Shown: positions 25,286 to 33,900 of the stretch, one piece after another | How the letters are laid out: the number at the start of each line of letters is the position of its first letter | Position numbering within the stretch: the first letter of the stretch is position 1 | Assembly: GCA_028287225.1 (NCBI GenBank) | Contig: JAQBPZ010000111.1 | Location: forward strand, 1 to 41,360 | DNA length: 41,360 nucleotides | Direction of reading: 5' to 3' | Source of the DNA: Gemmatimonadota bacterium | GTDB taxonomy: Bacteria > Gemmatimonadota > Gemmatimonadetes > Gemmatimonadales > Gemmatimonadaceae | Made by a program: the position numbers and the translations under genes | The notes under the pieces: model-generated | Seen by the model: the letters and a program-made list of their open reading frames with translations, nothing else | Told to the model about the DNA's origin: nothing | The model's database searches: none

Positions 25286-26040
25286 CCGGCCGCCTCCACC
25301 CGCTGTGCAGCGAGGCCGCGCGTCGCGGTCGCGAGCGCATCCCACAGCGCCAGGTGCGCTGGAGCGGCCTCGGACACCGCGGCACGCTGCCGTGCGGCGG
25401 TCTGGAGGTCGCCCCGCGCGATCGGCCCGGTCAGCGCACGGCGGGCGCCGAGCGTTTCCCAGTTCTCCACGGTGGATCGGACGAGCGGAGCGAGCGCGTC
25501 GCGGTCCAGCCCGACGCGCGCCGCGAGGTCCTCCGCCATCCCCTCGATGGTGACGAGGAAGTTCGACGCCGCCGACGCCGCGGCGTGATAGAGCGCTCGC
25601 TGCTCGGCGGGAATCGTGCGCGCGCGCATGCCGAGGCGCTCGGCGAGCGCGGACGCGGCGGCATGGGCCCGCGGCGTGCTGCCGTCCACCGCGGCGGTGG
25701 CGCCGGTGAAGCGTGCGCCCGTGCCCACCACGCTCAGGAGCGGATGCAGCAGGAAGCGCTCGTGCGGTGCGAGCAGCGCGAGCTCGGCGGAGGCGCTGGT
25801 GTGGCCGACGAGTGGTCCGCGCACGATGGCGCCCGCCGCCGCGGCGATCTCGCGGTCCGGCACGCAGAGGAGGACCAGCGCGGCCCCCGCACCGGTGGCG
25901 CCCCGTCCCGCCGGCCCCCGCACCGCGACACCCGCCTCGCGCAGCGCTTCGGTGATCGCCGCTCCCATGCGGCCCTGCCCCACCACGTCACACCACCCGT
26001 CGAGGAGTCCGGTCGTCATGACGGGAATATAACCGGACAT
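25282..26040 (-). CDS. Rossmann-fold oxidoreductase with DUF2520-like C-terminal domain (candidate ketopantoate reductase)
   Basis: GQGRMG dinucleotide-binding motif near the N-terminus. Translationally coupled to panC. An alternative ATG is at 26019. Confidence 0.7.
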   Translation of the reverse strand: MSGYIPVMTTGLLDGWCDVVGQGRMGAAITEALREAGVAVRGPAGRGATGAGAALVLLCVPDREIAAAAGAIVRGPLVGHTSASAELALLAPHERFLLHPLLSVVGTGARFTGATAAVDGSTPRAHAAASALAERLGMRARTIPAEQRALYHAAASAASNFLVTIEGMAEDLAARVGLDRDALAPLVRSTVENWETLGARRALTGPIARGDLQTAARQRAAVSEAAPAHLALWDALATATRGLAAQRVEAAG

Positions 26041-26068
26041 CAGGGGCGGGCAGCACGTCGAAGCAGCA

Positions 26069-26102
26069 AACCGACGGGCGGCGAAGCCGCCGCCCGTCGG
26101 TT
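26069..26102 (-). terminator. Hairpin downstream of the EF-G paralogue
   Basis: AACCGACGGGCGGC (26069-26082) pairs with GCCGCCCGTCGGTT (26089-26102). On the minus strand it is followed by TGCTGCTT. Confidence 0.55.
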
Positions 26103-26108
26103 CAAGCG

Positions 26109-28196
26109 TCAGCGCATTCCCGCTTCCTCCACCACCTTCTGCGCGGCGTCGTTCGGCATCTCCTCATAGCCGCTGAAGTGGCGCCTGAAGAGTGCGCGGC
26201 CGTGGGTCATCGACTGGAGGGCGCTGGCGTACAGGTGCAGTTCGGACTGCGGCACCACCGCGCGCACGCGGGTGCCGGGGGCGCCCTCCGCGGTCTCCGT
26301 CCCCAGGATATGTCCGCGGCGCGCCGACAGGTCGCCGAGCACGTCGCCCAGGGATTCCTCCGGCGTCACGATCTCCACCTCGTCCAGCGGCTCGAGCAGC
26401 ACCGGCTTGCACTTCGGTGCGATCGTGCGGAACGCCTGGATGCCCGCCATCCGGAACGACATCTCGTTGGAATCCACCGTGTGGTACGAGCCGTCGTAGA
26501 GCTCCACCGTGAAGTCCACGAGCGGGAAGCCCGCGAGCACGCCGCGCTCGGCCGCTTCGTGGATGCCCTTCTCCACCGCCGGGATGAACTTGCTGGGAAT
26601 CGCCCCCCCGACGAACTGGTCGGCGAACTGGATTACCTGCCCGCGGTCGGCCGGCGCGATCCGTACCCAGCAGTCGCCGAACTGCCCGCGGCCCCCCGAC
26701 TGCTTCTTGTGTCGCCCCTGGCCCTCCGCCCGCACCCGGATCGTCTCGCGATACGCGATGCGGGGGCGCCGCAGCTCCGCCGCCACCCCGCACTTCCGGC
26801 GCAGCTTCGCCAGCGCGATCTCGAGATGCCGCTCGCCCATGCCCGCGAGGATCGTCTCGTGGGTCTCCACGTTGTAGCGCGTCTGGAGCGTCGGGTCCTC
26901 GTCGTGGAGGCGATGCAGCCCTGCCTGCAGCTTTTCCTCGTCGGCGCGGTTGGTGGCGAAGATCGCCATCTCCACGAGCGGCTCGGGATACTGCACCTGC
27001 GGCAGCCGCACCGGGTGCGCGCGCGTGGACAGCGTGTCGTTCGTGTGGGTGTTGCGCAGCCGCGCGACGCAGCCGATGTCGCCCGCGTGCAGGCGCGGGA
27101 CCTCCACGCGCTCGCGCCCCTGCGGCGCGGCGAGGTGATTGAGCTTCTCGCCCACGTCGCGCGTCGCGTTGAACACCTCGTCGCCGCTCGCCACGCTCCC
27201 TGAGAGGATGCGGAAGATGCTCACCTCGCCCACGTGCGGCTCGCTCTGGGTCTTGATCACCAGCGCCGAGAACGGCGCGGCGTCGTCCGCGTGGATCTGG
27301 ACGGTGGCCGCCCCCTCCGCGCCGGTGAAGGCGTGCACCTCCTCCATCTCGTACGCGCTCGGCATCAGCTCCACGATCGTCGAGAGCACGGCGCGCGTGC
27401 CGTAGCCGAGCGTGGCGCTCACGCAGAACAGGGGGAAGAGCTCCAGCCGCTTCACCGCCTCCCGCATCGCGGCGATCGCCTCGTCGCGGCTGATCTCCCC
27501 GCCGTTCAGGTATCGCTCGAGCAGCTCGTCATCAGTTGACGCGATCGTCTCGATGAGCTCCGCGTGGTACCGGTCGAACTGCGGACGCACCTCCTCGGGC
27601 ACCGCCGTCTCCGTGTAGCCGCCGCTCCGTCCGCCGGCGGTGTAGACGTGCGCCACGCCGTCGAAGAGGTTGACGACGCCGTGAAAGTCGGCGCCGCTGC
27701 CCACCGGCACCTCGATCGGGATCACCTTGGTCGTGAGCGTCGAGCGGATCCGGCGATAGATCGCGTCGAAGTCCGCGTGCTCCTTGTCCATCATCGAGAC
27801 CACGAAGAGCACGGGATCACCGCGCGTCAGCGCCTCGCGGAACATCCGCTCCGTGCCGACCTCGATCCCCGCGGTGGCGCTGATCACGCAGAGCGCGCCG
27901 TCGGCCGCGGCGAGGCCCGCGATCGCGTCGCCCTGGAAGTCCAGGAAGCCCGGGGTATCCAGCAGGTTGATCTTGGTGCCGGCCCACTCGGCATGCGCGC
28001 AGCCGAGGTTGATGGAGTAGCCCCGCTCCACCTCTTCCGGCGCCGTGTCCGTGAGGGTCGTGCCCTCGGCGATGGAGCCGTGGCGGCGGGTGGTGCCCGA
28101 CGCGAACGCCAGCGCGTCCACCAGCGTGGTCTTGCCACTGCCCCCGTGTCCCACCACGGCGATGTTGCGGATGCTCGATGCCCGGTACGCTCGCAT
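26109..28196 (-). CDS. Elongation factor G paralogue with non-canonical G motifs
   Basis: Full five-domain EF-G colinearity. Start is the ATG at 28194-28196, preceded by GAGG. G1 is GHGGSGKTT, G3 is DTPGFLDF, G4 is SMMD. Confidence 0.9.
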   Translation of the reverse strand: MRAYRASSIRNIAVVGHGGSGKTTLVDALAFASGTTRRHGSIAEGTTLTDTAPEEVERGYSINLGCAHAEWAGTKINLLDTPGFLDFQGDAIAGLAAADGALCVISATAGIEVGTERMFREALTRGDPVLFVVSMMDKEHADFDAIYRRIRSTLTTKVIPIEVPVGSGADFHGVVNLFDGVAHVYTAGGRSGGYTETAVPEEVRPQFDRYHAELIETIASTDDELLERYLNGGEISRDEAIAAMREAVKRLELFPLFCVSATLGYGTRAVLSTIVELMPSAYEMEEVHAFTGAEGAATVQIHADDAAPFSALVIKTQSEPHVGEVSIFRILSGSVASGDEVFNATRDVGEKLNHLAAPQGRERVEVPRLHAGDIGCVARLRNTHTNDTLSTRAHPVRLPQVQYPEPLVEMAIFATNRADEEKLQAGLHRLHDEDPTLQTRYNVETHETILAGMGERHLEIALAKLRRKCGVAAELRRPRIAYRETIRVRAEGQGRHKKQSGGRGQFGDCWVRIAPADRGQVIQFADQFVGGAIPSKFIPAVEKGIHEAAERGVLAGFPLVDFTVELYDGSYHTVDSNEMSFRMAGIQAFRTIAPKCKPVLLEPLDEVEIVTPEESLGDVLGDLSARRGHILGTETAEGAPGTRVRAVVPQSELHLYASALQSMTHGRALFRRHFSGYEEMPNDAAQKVVEEAGMR

Positions 28197-28210
28197 GCGT
28201 CTGCCTCGTG

Positions 28211-28387
28211 CTATGAGTAGGTGCCCGCGCACGGAGGCCACTGTCGGGACGCACGAAAAAGGGCGCCTTCGGGGGCGATGCGCGTCGTGCGCGCGTCGCT
28301 CCTGAGGCGCCCTGCTTCTTCGTCCGGCAACACGCGCTCCCGCCCGGAGTCCCCGGGCCTGGAGTGGTGAGTGGAGAGCCGTGGCAT
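28211..28387 (-). CDS. Candidate 58-codon leader ORF upstream of the EF-G paralogue
   Basis: AGGAGGAGG lies 7 nt before the ATG (28385-28387). The TAG at 28211-28213 is 14 nt before the EF-G ATG. The ORF spans the terminator hairpin. GC3 is lower than in neighbouring genes, so coding status is uncertain. Confidence 0.25.
   Translation of the reverse strand: MPRLSTHHSRPGDSGRERVLPDEEAGRLRSDARTTRIAPEGALFRASRQWPPCAGTYS
28255..28313 (-). terminator. Intrinsic terminator/attenuator in the EF-G paralogue leader
   Basis: AGGGCGCC (28260-28267) pairs with GGCGCCCT (28306-28313). An inner stem is GCGATGCGCG/CGCGCGTCGC. The hairpin is followed on the minus strand by TTTTT (28256-28260). Confidence 0.6.
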
Positions 28388-28501
28388 GGCCCCACCTCCT
28401 CCTGCGGTCGCCCTACTGATGCATCATCCCCGTGGGAGTGTCAAGCAGGCCCAAGGAAACGGGTGGTCCCAGGACTGCGTTTGCGTGATCCCTCAGTCGA
28501 G

Positions 28502-28700
28502 GGGGGAGACCGCATTTGACGGATGCCACGGATCAGAACGGATAACGGCCGCTCTATCAGCCCCGGCGAACCGACCCCGGATCTGGAGCCTCCGGAAATC
28601 ACGGAGGTGTTCGTGGGCGTGGCGCTGTACCCATCCACGACGAGGCCAGCCGAGCGATAATCCGTTTCACCCGTGGCATCCGTCAAATGTTGTCTCCCCC
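28502..28700. repeat. 199-bp structured element bounded by 30-bp inverted repeats
   Basis: GGGGGAGACCGCATTTGACGGATGCCACGG (28502-28531) matches the reverse complement of 28671-28700 at 28/30. Internal hairpin CCTCCG/CGGAGG at 28589-28607. Confidence 0.8.
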
Positions 28701-28731
28701 TTCCAGTGAGGGGCCGGCCCTGGCGATACAG

Positions 28732-28770
28732 GAATGGCCAGGCGCCGGACGAGTCCGGGCCTGGCCATTC
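28732..28770 (-). terminator. Long hairpin downstream of the 181-aa gene
   Basis: GAATGGCCAGGC (28732-28743) pairs with GCCTGGCCATTC (28759-28770), and inner CCGGAC pairs with GTCCGG. No U tract. Confidence 0.45.
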
Positions 28771-28814
28771 ACGAACGAGACGGTGTGCAGGTCAGACGAG
28801 GCAGGCTTCGTCGC

Positions 28815-29360
28815 TCATTCTCCTTCGTACTCGTACGCGAGCGAATCGGCTTCGCGGAGCCGGTCCAGCAGCGATTCCAGCGGAGCGAACACCGGCGCCG
28901 CCAGGCCGGCGACCGGCTCCAGCGAGATGGTGATCGCGCGCCGAGCGCCTTCGGGCCAGTCGGGCATCGAGAGGCCGGCCACCAGGCGGCGGATCAGCTG
29001 GCCGCACTCGCTCAGCAGCTGCGTCGCCGTACCGTGCAGGATGTCCAGCGGGATCTCGAGATCGCGGCTCATCAGCTCACCGGTGCCGACGTCGCGCCAC
29101 GCCGCATCACCGATGGCGCCGTGCTCCGCCCACACGCCGAGATGGCGGATGGCGTTCGGGTATTCATGTCCTTCGCCGGTGCGGTGCGACTCCACCGCGG
29201 CCGCCAGCGCGAGCGCCAGCAGCTCCGGGCTCGGCACGCCGTACAGCGTCACGATGTCACGCGCGGGCCGATTGGACGCGAGCGGGGACGTGACGGAGTT
29301 GACGTGCGCGAGCACCGGCGAATGATCGGGATTCTCGTCGAGCATGACGAGGACGTCCAT
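28815..29360 (-). CDS. Hypothetical protein (181 aa), acidic C-terminus
   Basis: ATG 29358-29360 is preceded by AGGAGGGGG. The longer 213-aa track ORF is the alternative. No family recognised. Confidence 0.6.
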   Translation of the reverse strand: MDVLVMLDENPDHSPVLAHVNSVTSPLASNRPARDIVTLYGVPSPELLALALAAAVESHRTGEGHEYPNAIRHLGVWAEHGAIGDAAWRDVGTGELMSRDLEIPLDILHGTATQLLSECGQLIRRLVAGLSMPDWPEGARRAITISLEPVAGLAAPVFAPLESLLDRLREADSLAYEYEGE

Positions 29361-29501
29361 TGCCCCCTCCTGAAGTGTGTCCAGCGTTCCGTGCGTCACG
29401 ACGGCCGTCGTTGAAAGGAGTGTCCAACCTGCCTCGACGTCACGAGCGCCTGACACATCGGCCCCCCAGGGGCGCGATGCGGGGCCCGGGATCGGACCTG
29501 G

Positions 29502-30026
29502 TCACTGCTCCGATGCCCGGTCGCGGAGGTGAAAGGCAAAGCGCATTCCAGCGAAGAGGGCGATGCCGGCGGTGAAGTACAGTGCACGCAACTCTCCCAG
29601 CGAGAGCAGCGCGGCCAACCCGCCCGGATTGCGGGCCACGACGTGGAGGTGGAGGAGGTAGCCCGCGAGGGCGACGCCTGCTCCTGCCGCGGCGACACGC
29701 AACGGGCGGTTGGCGGTCGCCAACCGGGCGGTGGCGATTCCTGCCACCGCACTCACCACAAGAACCACCGCACCCCCCAGCGGCGTCACATTTCCAGCGA
29801 CATCCCAGACCTGGTCGGCGCGGGCGCCCACGAGCGTGTGCCCGAGCGCATTCAGCGGCCGCCACGGGGTGCCCGCCCGGCGGCCGATGCCCACCAGCAG
29901 TCCGGTCACGGCCGCCGCGGCCACGAGCCCCGCGACGAGTCCCCGCGCCACGATGCGCGCGAGCGTCGCCTGGGAGGGCGTGGCGGAACGCGGCTCGGCC
30001 GGATGCACGACGGGGGGGATGGTCAC
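29502..30026 (-). CDS. Hypothetical integral membrane protein (174 aa)
   Basis: GTG start. Several hydrophobic segments: GLVAGLVAAAAVTGLLVGI, LGGAVVLVVSAVAGIATA, AGAGVALAGYLLHL, LYFTAGIALFAG. Confidence 0.6.
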   Translation of the reverse strand: MTIPPVVHPAEPRSATPSQATLARIVARGLVAGLVAAAAVTGLLVGIGRRAGTPWRPLNALGHTLVGARADQVWDVAGNVTPLGGAVVLVVSAVAGIATARLATANRPLRVAAAGAGVALAGYLLHLHVVARNPGGLAALLSLGELRALYFTAGIALFAGMRFAFHLRDRASEQ

Positions 30027-30054
30027 GCGGACAGAAGGCGAGGTGGGTCGAGGC

Positions 30055-30091
30055 GGAAAGCGAACGCGCCCGCCGGTGCAGGGCGGGCGCG
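30055..30091 (-). terminator. Intrinsic terminator after the lipoprotein gene
   Basis: CGCGCCCGCC (30065-30074) pairs with GGCGGGCGCG (30082-30091). On the minus strand it is followed by TTCGCTTTCC. Confidence 0.55.
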
Positions 30092-30115
30092 TCGCGTCAG
30101 GTCACGTGCTGGTGC

Positions 30116-30799
30116 TTACTGTATCGGCGGGTTGGCGGAATCGGACGGTGCCCCGCATGTGGCGGCGCTCGGATCGCAGTTCACGCCCCACGAGGTGTAC
30201 CCGCTGAAGTGCTTCACGCGACGGGTGCTGATGCCGGAGCGCGTGTCGACGTACGTCCGCATCGTCGGGTCGCCGATCGACTCGTCGAACACCTGCCCGC
30301 CCAGGGTGGGCGCATAGTAGATCGTGAAGCGCGAGACATCCGTCGCTCCGATCGCGGCCGGCGTGTACATGTAGATCCACACCCAGCGGCTCGCGTCGCT
30401 CGTCGGCACGAAGCGCAGCGGCGTCTTGAAGTCCACCGCCGTGCGTCCGTCGATGACGGTCGTCTCGTACTTGACCGTGATCGGCTTCTTGAGCGGGGCG
30501 CAGGGCGCGTCCCAGTTGTCATAGCCGCTCGTCGACGGCTCGCAGATGCTCCCCTTCGGGAAGACGACCGCGTTGGTGCCGACGAAGAAGATTCCGCCCT
30601 GCGGTCCCACGGTGAACGAGGCAGCCGAGCGGGACGCGGCGCTGGTGTTCAGCGACAGCGACGGGCGGCCGGCGGGGGCGAAGCGCGTCGTCGTCGTGGA
30701 CGACGGCTGCAGCGACGGGGATACGGTGTTGTCCGAGCAGCCAGCCACGACGATCATGGTGATCAGCGTGCTGACCGTCTTCCAGTTGGTACGGCGCAT
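30116..30799 (-). CDS. Hypothetical Cys-containing lipoprotein (227 aa)
   Basis: Signal peptide plus lipobox (MIVVAGCS). An alternative ATG is at 30814. Codon usage is visibly less GC-biased than in neighbouring genes. Confidence 0.7.
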   Translation of the reverse strand: MRRTNWKTVSTLITMIVVAGCSDNTVSPSLQPSSTTTTRFAPAGRPSLSLNTSAASRSAASFTVGPQGGIFFVGTNAVVFPKGSICEPSTSGYDNWDAPCAPLKKPITVKYETTVIDGRTAVDFKTPLRFVPTSDASRWVWIYMYTPAAIGATDVSRFTIYYAPTLGGQVFDESIGDPTMRTYVDTRSGISTRRVKHFSGYTSWGVNCDPSAATCGAPSDSANPPIQ

Positions 30800-30994
30800 G
30801 GTAGATACCCGCATGAGGCGGTGAGAATGCGACCATGCCGCTCGGCGTCGAGGCACGGACCGCGTATGAAACCGACGAGACAATTGGTGCTGCACGAGGC
30901 GACCTGCCGCCCCGGTTCAGTACGACCATCCTGGCGAGAGCAAATATGCACCTTTCGGGCATTCGGTCAATAGTGACCTTGCTGTCAAATTTAC

Positions 30995-33900
30995 TTACAG
31001 TACGGAAGGATTTAATACAGTGAAGCGGTCCCGCATCCGATAATTGCTCACGACCTCCGGAACGGACTCGTACCGGCGGATCGCTACTTCCACCAGTGCC
31101 GGGGCATGCGGGTGGAGCTGCTGCGCGAACTCCGCGGTCAGCCACGCCGCACCGTAGGTGTCGCTTGGCGACGCCAGGTTGAGCGCCTGGTCGAACAGCT
31201 CCGTCGCGTCGGCGATCCGATTATCGGCCAGGGCGATGTAGAGCCGAAGCGCCTCGAACAGCTCCCGACCCTGGAACCACTCCAGGAGCCCCTCCATGAG
31301 TCGGGAGGCGGCCGCCAGCGACCGCCGCGCGCCGGCGACGTCGCCCTCGAGGAACCGGCACAGCCCCATCCCGGCCACCCCGCCCGCCTGCACGGTCATC
31401 TGCCCGATCCGCTCCGCGAGCTCGGTGACCAGCTCGTAGGTGTCGATGGCCTCGCGGTGCCGGCGCCGGACCCGCTCCAGGTGCGCCATGTTGTACGTCG
31501 CGTAGAGCTGTTCCTCGCCCAGCTGCACCATGGCCGTGAGCCGAAGTGCCTCGGACAGGGCGCGCGCCGACCCTTCGTCGTCGCTCACGCGGGCCGCGAG
31601 CACGCCCAGGTTGAGCTCCGCGCGGCCCCATGATTCCAGGAGTCCCGCCGTCCGCGCCTGGTCCGACGCCATGGTGAGGGCGCTCCGGGCCGCGTCCCAG
31701 TTGCTGGCATGCAGCTCCAGCACCCCGATGTTGTTCAGTCCGCGCACACGCCGGAACGGGTCGCCCTGGGCGGTCGCGATCTCCAGCGAGCGGGCCAGCA
31801 GCTCGCGGGACCGCTGGCGCGCTTCCGGGGGCAGCGTCGTCGCCAGCCGGTTGCACGCATCGGCCAGCAGGATCGAATCGCTGCCGCGCTCCGCGATCGC
31901 CACCGCCTCCTCCGAGCAGCCCTGCGCCGCCCGCGGATCGCCCAGCCGCCAGTGCATCTGCGCCGCCAGCAGCAGCACGGCGGCGCGCTCCATGTCGGCA
32001 CCCGCCGCAGCCGCCTCCCGCTCCAGTCCGAGCAGTTCGGTGAGCGTGTCGCGCGCCGGCTGGCCGCGCTTGGTCCGCACGAGCGAGCGCGTTCGCTTGG
32101 CCTTCAGGGCATTCACCTGGTCGCCATCGATCACGTACCAGTCGAGCGCCCGGTCGCACAGCAGCTCGGCCTCCTCGTAGCGGCCGGCGATGTCGGCGAG
32201 CGACGCCATGCGCATCCGCACGCCGGCGAGCGCTCCCGCCTCCGGCGCGGTACGCTCCGCGGCGGCGAGCAGCTCGGCCACCGCGCCCGTCTCGTGCAGG
32301 GCCAGCGCCTCGTCCGCCCCAGCGAGCGCGTACCGATAGGCCTCGGCCTTGTTGCCGGCTTCCTCGAAGTGCCCCGCGATCTCCGCGGAGGAGCCGAGGC
32401 CCGCCGCCACCAGCGACTCGGCGACGCGGGCGTGCATCGCCGGGCGAATGGCCGCGGGCAGGAGGCCTCGGACCACCCGGCCCACCTCGTCGTGCGCCAT
32501 GCCGAAGCTGGCCCGGTCGCGGTCATGGAGCACCACGGCGAGCCCCGTGGCGAGCAGCTCCTGGAGCGCGGCGCGGCCCTCGACGGGGTCGAGTGACGCC
32601 ACCCCCGTCGCGAACGTCTCCGACGCGCCGTGGCCCAGCACGGCCAGCACGTCGAGGAGTGTACGGGCCGGCGGCGCGAGCCGCGCGACGCGGCGCTGGA
32701 CGAGCGAATCGAGGTCCGTGTGCGACGGAAAGTCGGCGATGGCGCGCCAGGTCCACCCGGTCTCGCTGCGCCGGAGGAACCGGCCCTCGTGCAGGTCGCG
32801 CAGGAGCTGCGTGAGGAGGAGCGGGTTGCCCTCGGTGTGCCGATAGAGATAGGCCACGAGCTCGCGCCCCGCCTCCCCGGTGCGCAGCGCGCCCTCGAGC
32901 CAGCGCTTCACGTCCTCGCGGGTGAGGCCGGTGAGACGCATCTCGTGATGCCGCGGGCGCGAGGACAGCCGGCTCCACCGGTCGATCGCATCGTCGCTCG
33001 ACGCGCCCGTCGTGATGGTCAGCGCAATGATGATGCGCTCGCTCTCGAGCTGCGCGATCAGGTACTCGAGCGCATCCCACGACGCCGCGTCGGCGCGGTG
33101 CATGTTCTCGAGCAGGAGCACGAGGGGGCGCTGCTGCGCGGCGAGCCGCAGGAAGTCCGCGAGCTCCTCGAGGAGCCGGGTCTTGCTGCCGCCACTCACC
33201 TCCTGCCCCGCGCCGTCCAGCGTCGGGTCGAGCGCCGGCAGCTCGCGCCACACGCGCGTGCTCTTCACGGGCAGGCGCCGAATGGCGCAGATCACCTCGG
33301 CCCACAGCGCGTACGGACCGGCCAGCAGGTGCGGATGGCAGCTCGCGAGCACGAGCGAGCCGCCGCGCAGCCGCACCTCGGGCTGCATCGTGCGAACGAG
33401 CGAGCTGGCGCCGATGCCGCGCTCCCCGATCACCGAGATCACGCGGCCCACGCCACGAACCATGTCGTCCAGATAGTCGGTGAGCCGCGCGAGCTGCTCC
33501 GCGCGGCCGACGAAGCGGCTCAGGTCGAGCGTGTCGTGGGACCGCGCGTCGGCAACCAGGCGGCCGTCGGACGAGATGGTCGTGCGCGCGTCGCGCGCCG
33601 TGGCCAGGAGACCGGCCGCCCGCTCGTCCCGTTTGCGGGCCACGGCGACGCCCATCGCGAGGGTGAGCCGGAGGGAGCGATCGGAGGCGCCACCCGAGAA
33701 CACGTGTCCGCGCACGGCGCCGAGGATCCGGTCGGCGACCGCCGAGGCAAGGGTGGCCGGGGCGTCGAGCATCAGGATCAGCTCGTCGCCCGATACGGCG
33801 ATGGCGTCGACCCCGCGCAGGTTGCGCCGCACGAAGAGGGTGAGCTCGCGAAGGAGCGCGTCCACGCGGCCGTCGCCGAGGTCGGCGCGCAATGCGGGGA

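Noticed and set aside
28502-28700. Possible tmRNA, because GGGGGAGAC..CATTTGACGG resembles the tmRNA 5' end GGGG..GATTCGACGG
   Set aside because: There is no T-arm (GGTTCGA-type) and no 3' ACCA context. There is no tag reading frame ending in ALAA-like codons. The 30-bp terminal pairing is far longer than a 7-bp acceptor stem. I also saw no RNase P, SRP or 6S signatures.
28371-28709. Track ORFs in the large intergenic gap (112 aa on plus, 81 aa on minus, and the 192-aa minus ORF starting at 28395)
   Set aside because: They have no SD, poor GC3 bias and no family resemblance. They are laid over the inverted-repeat structure or overlap the EF-G gene out of frame.
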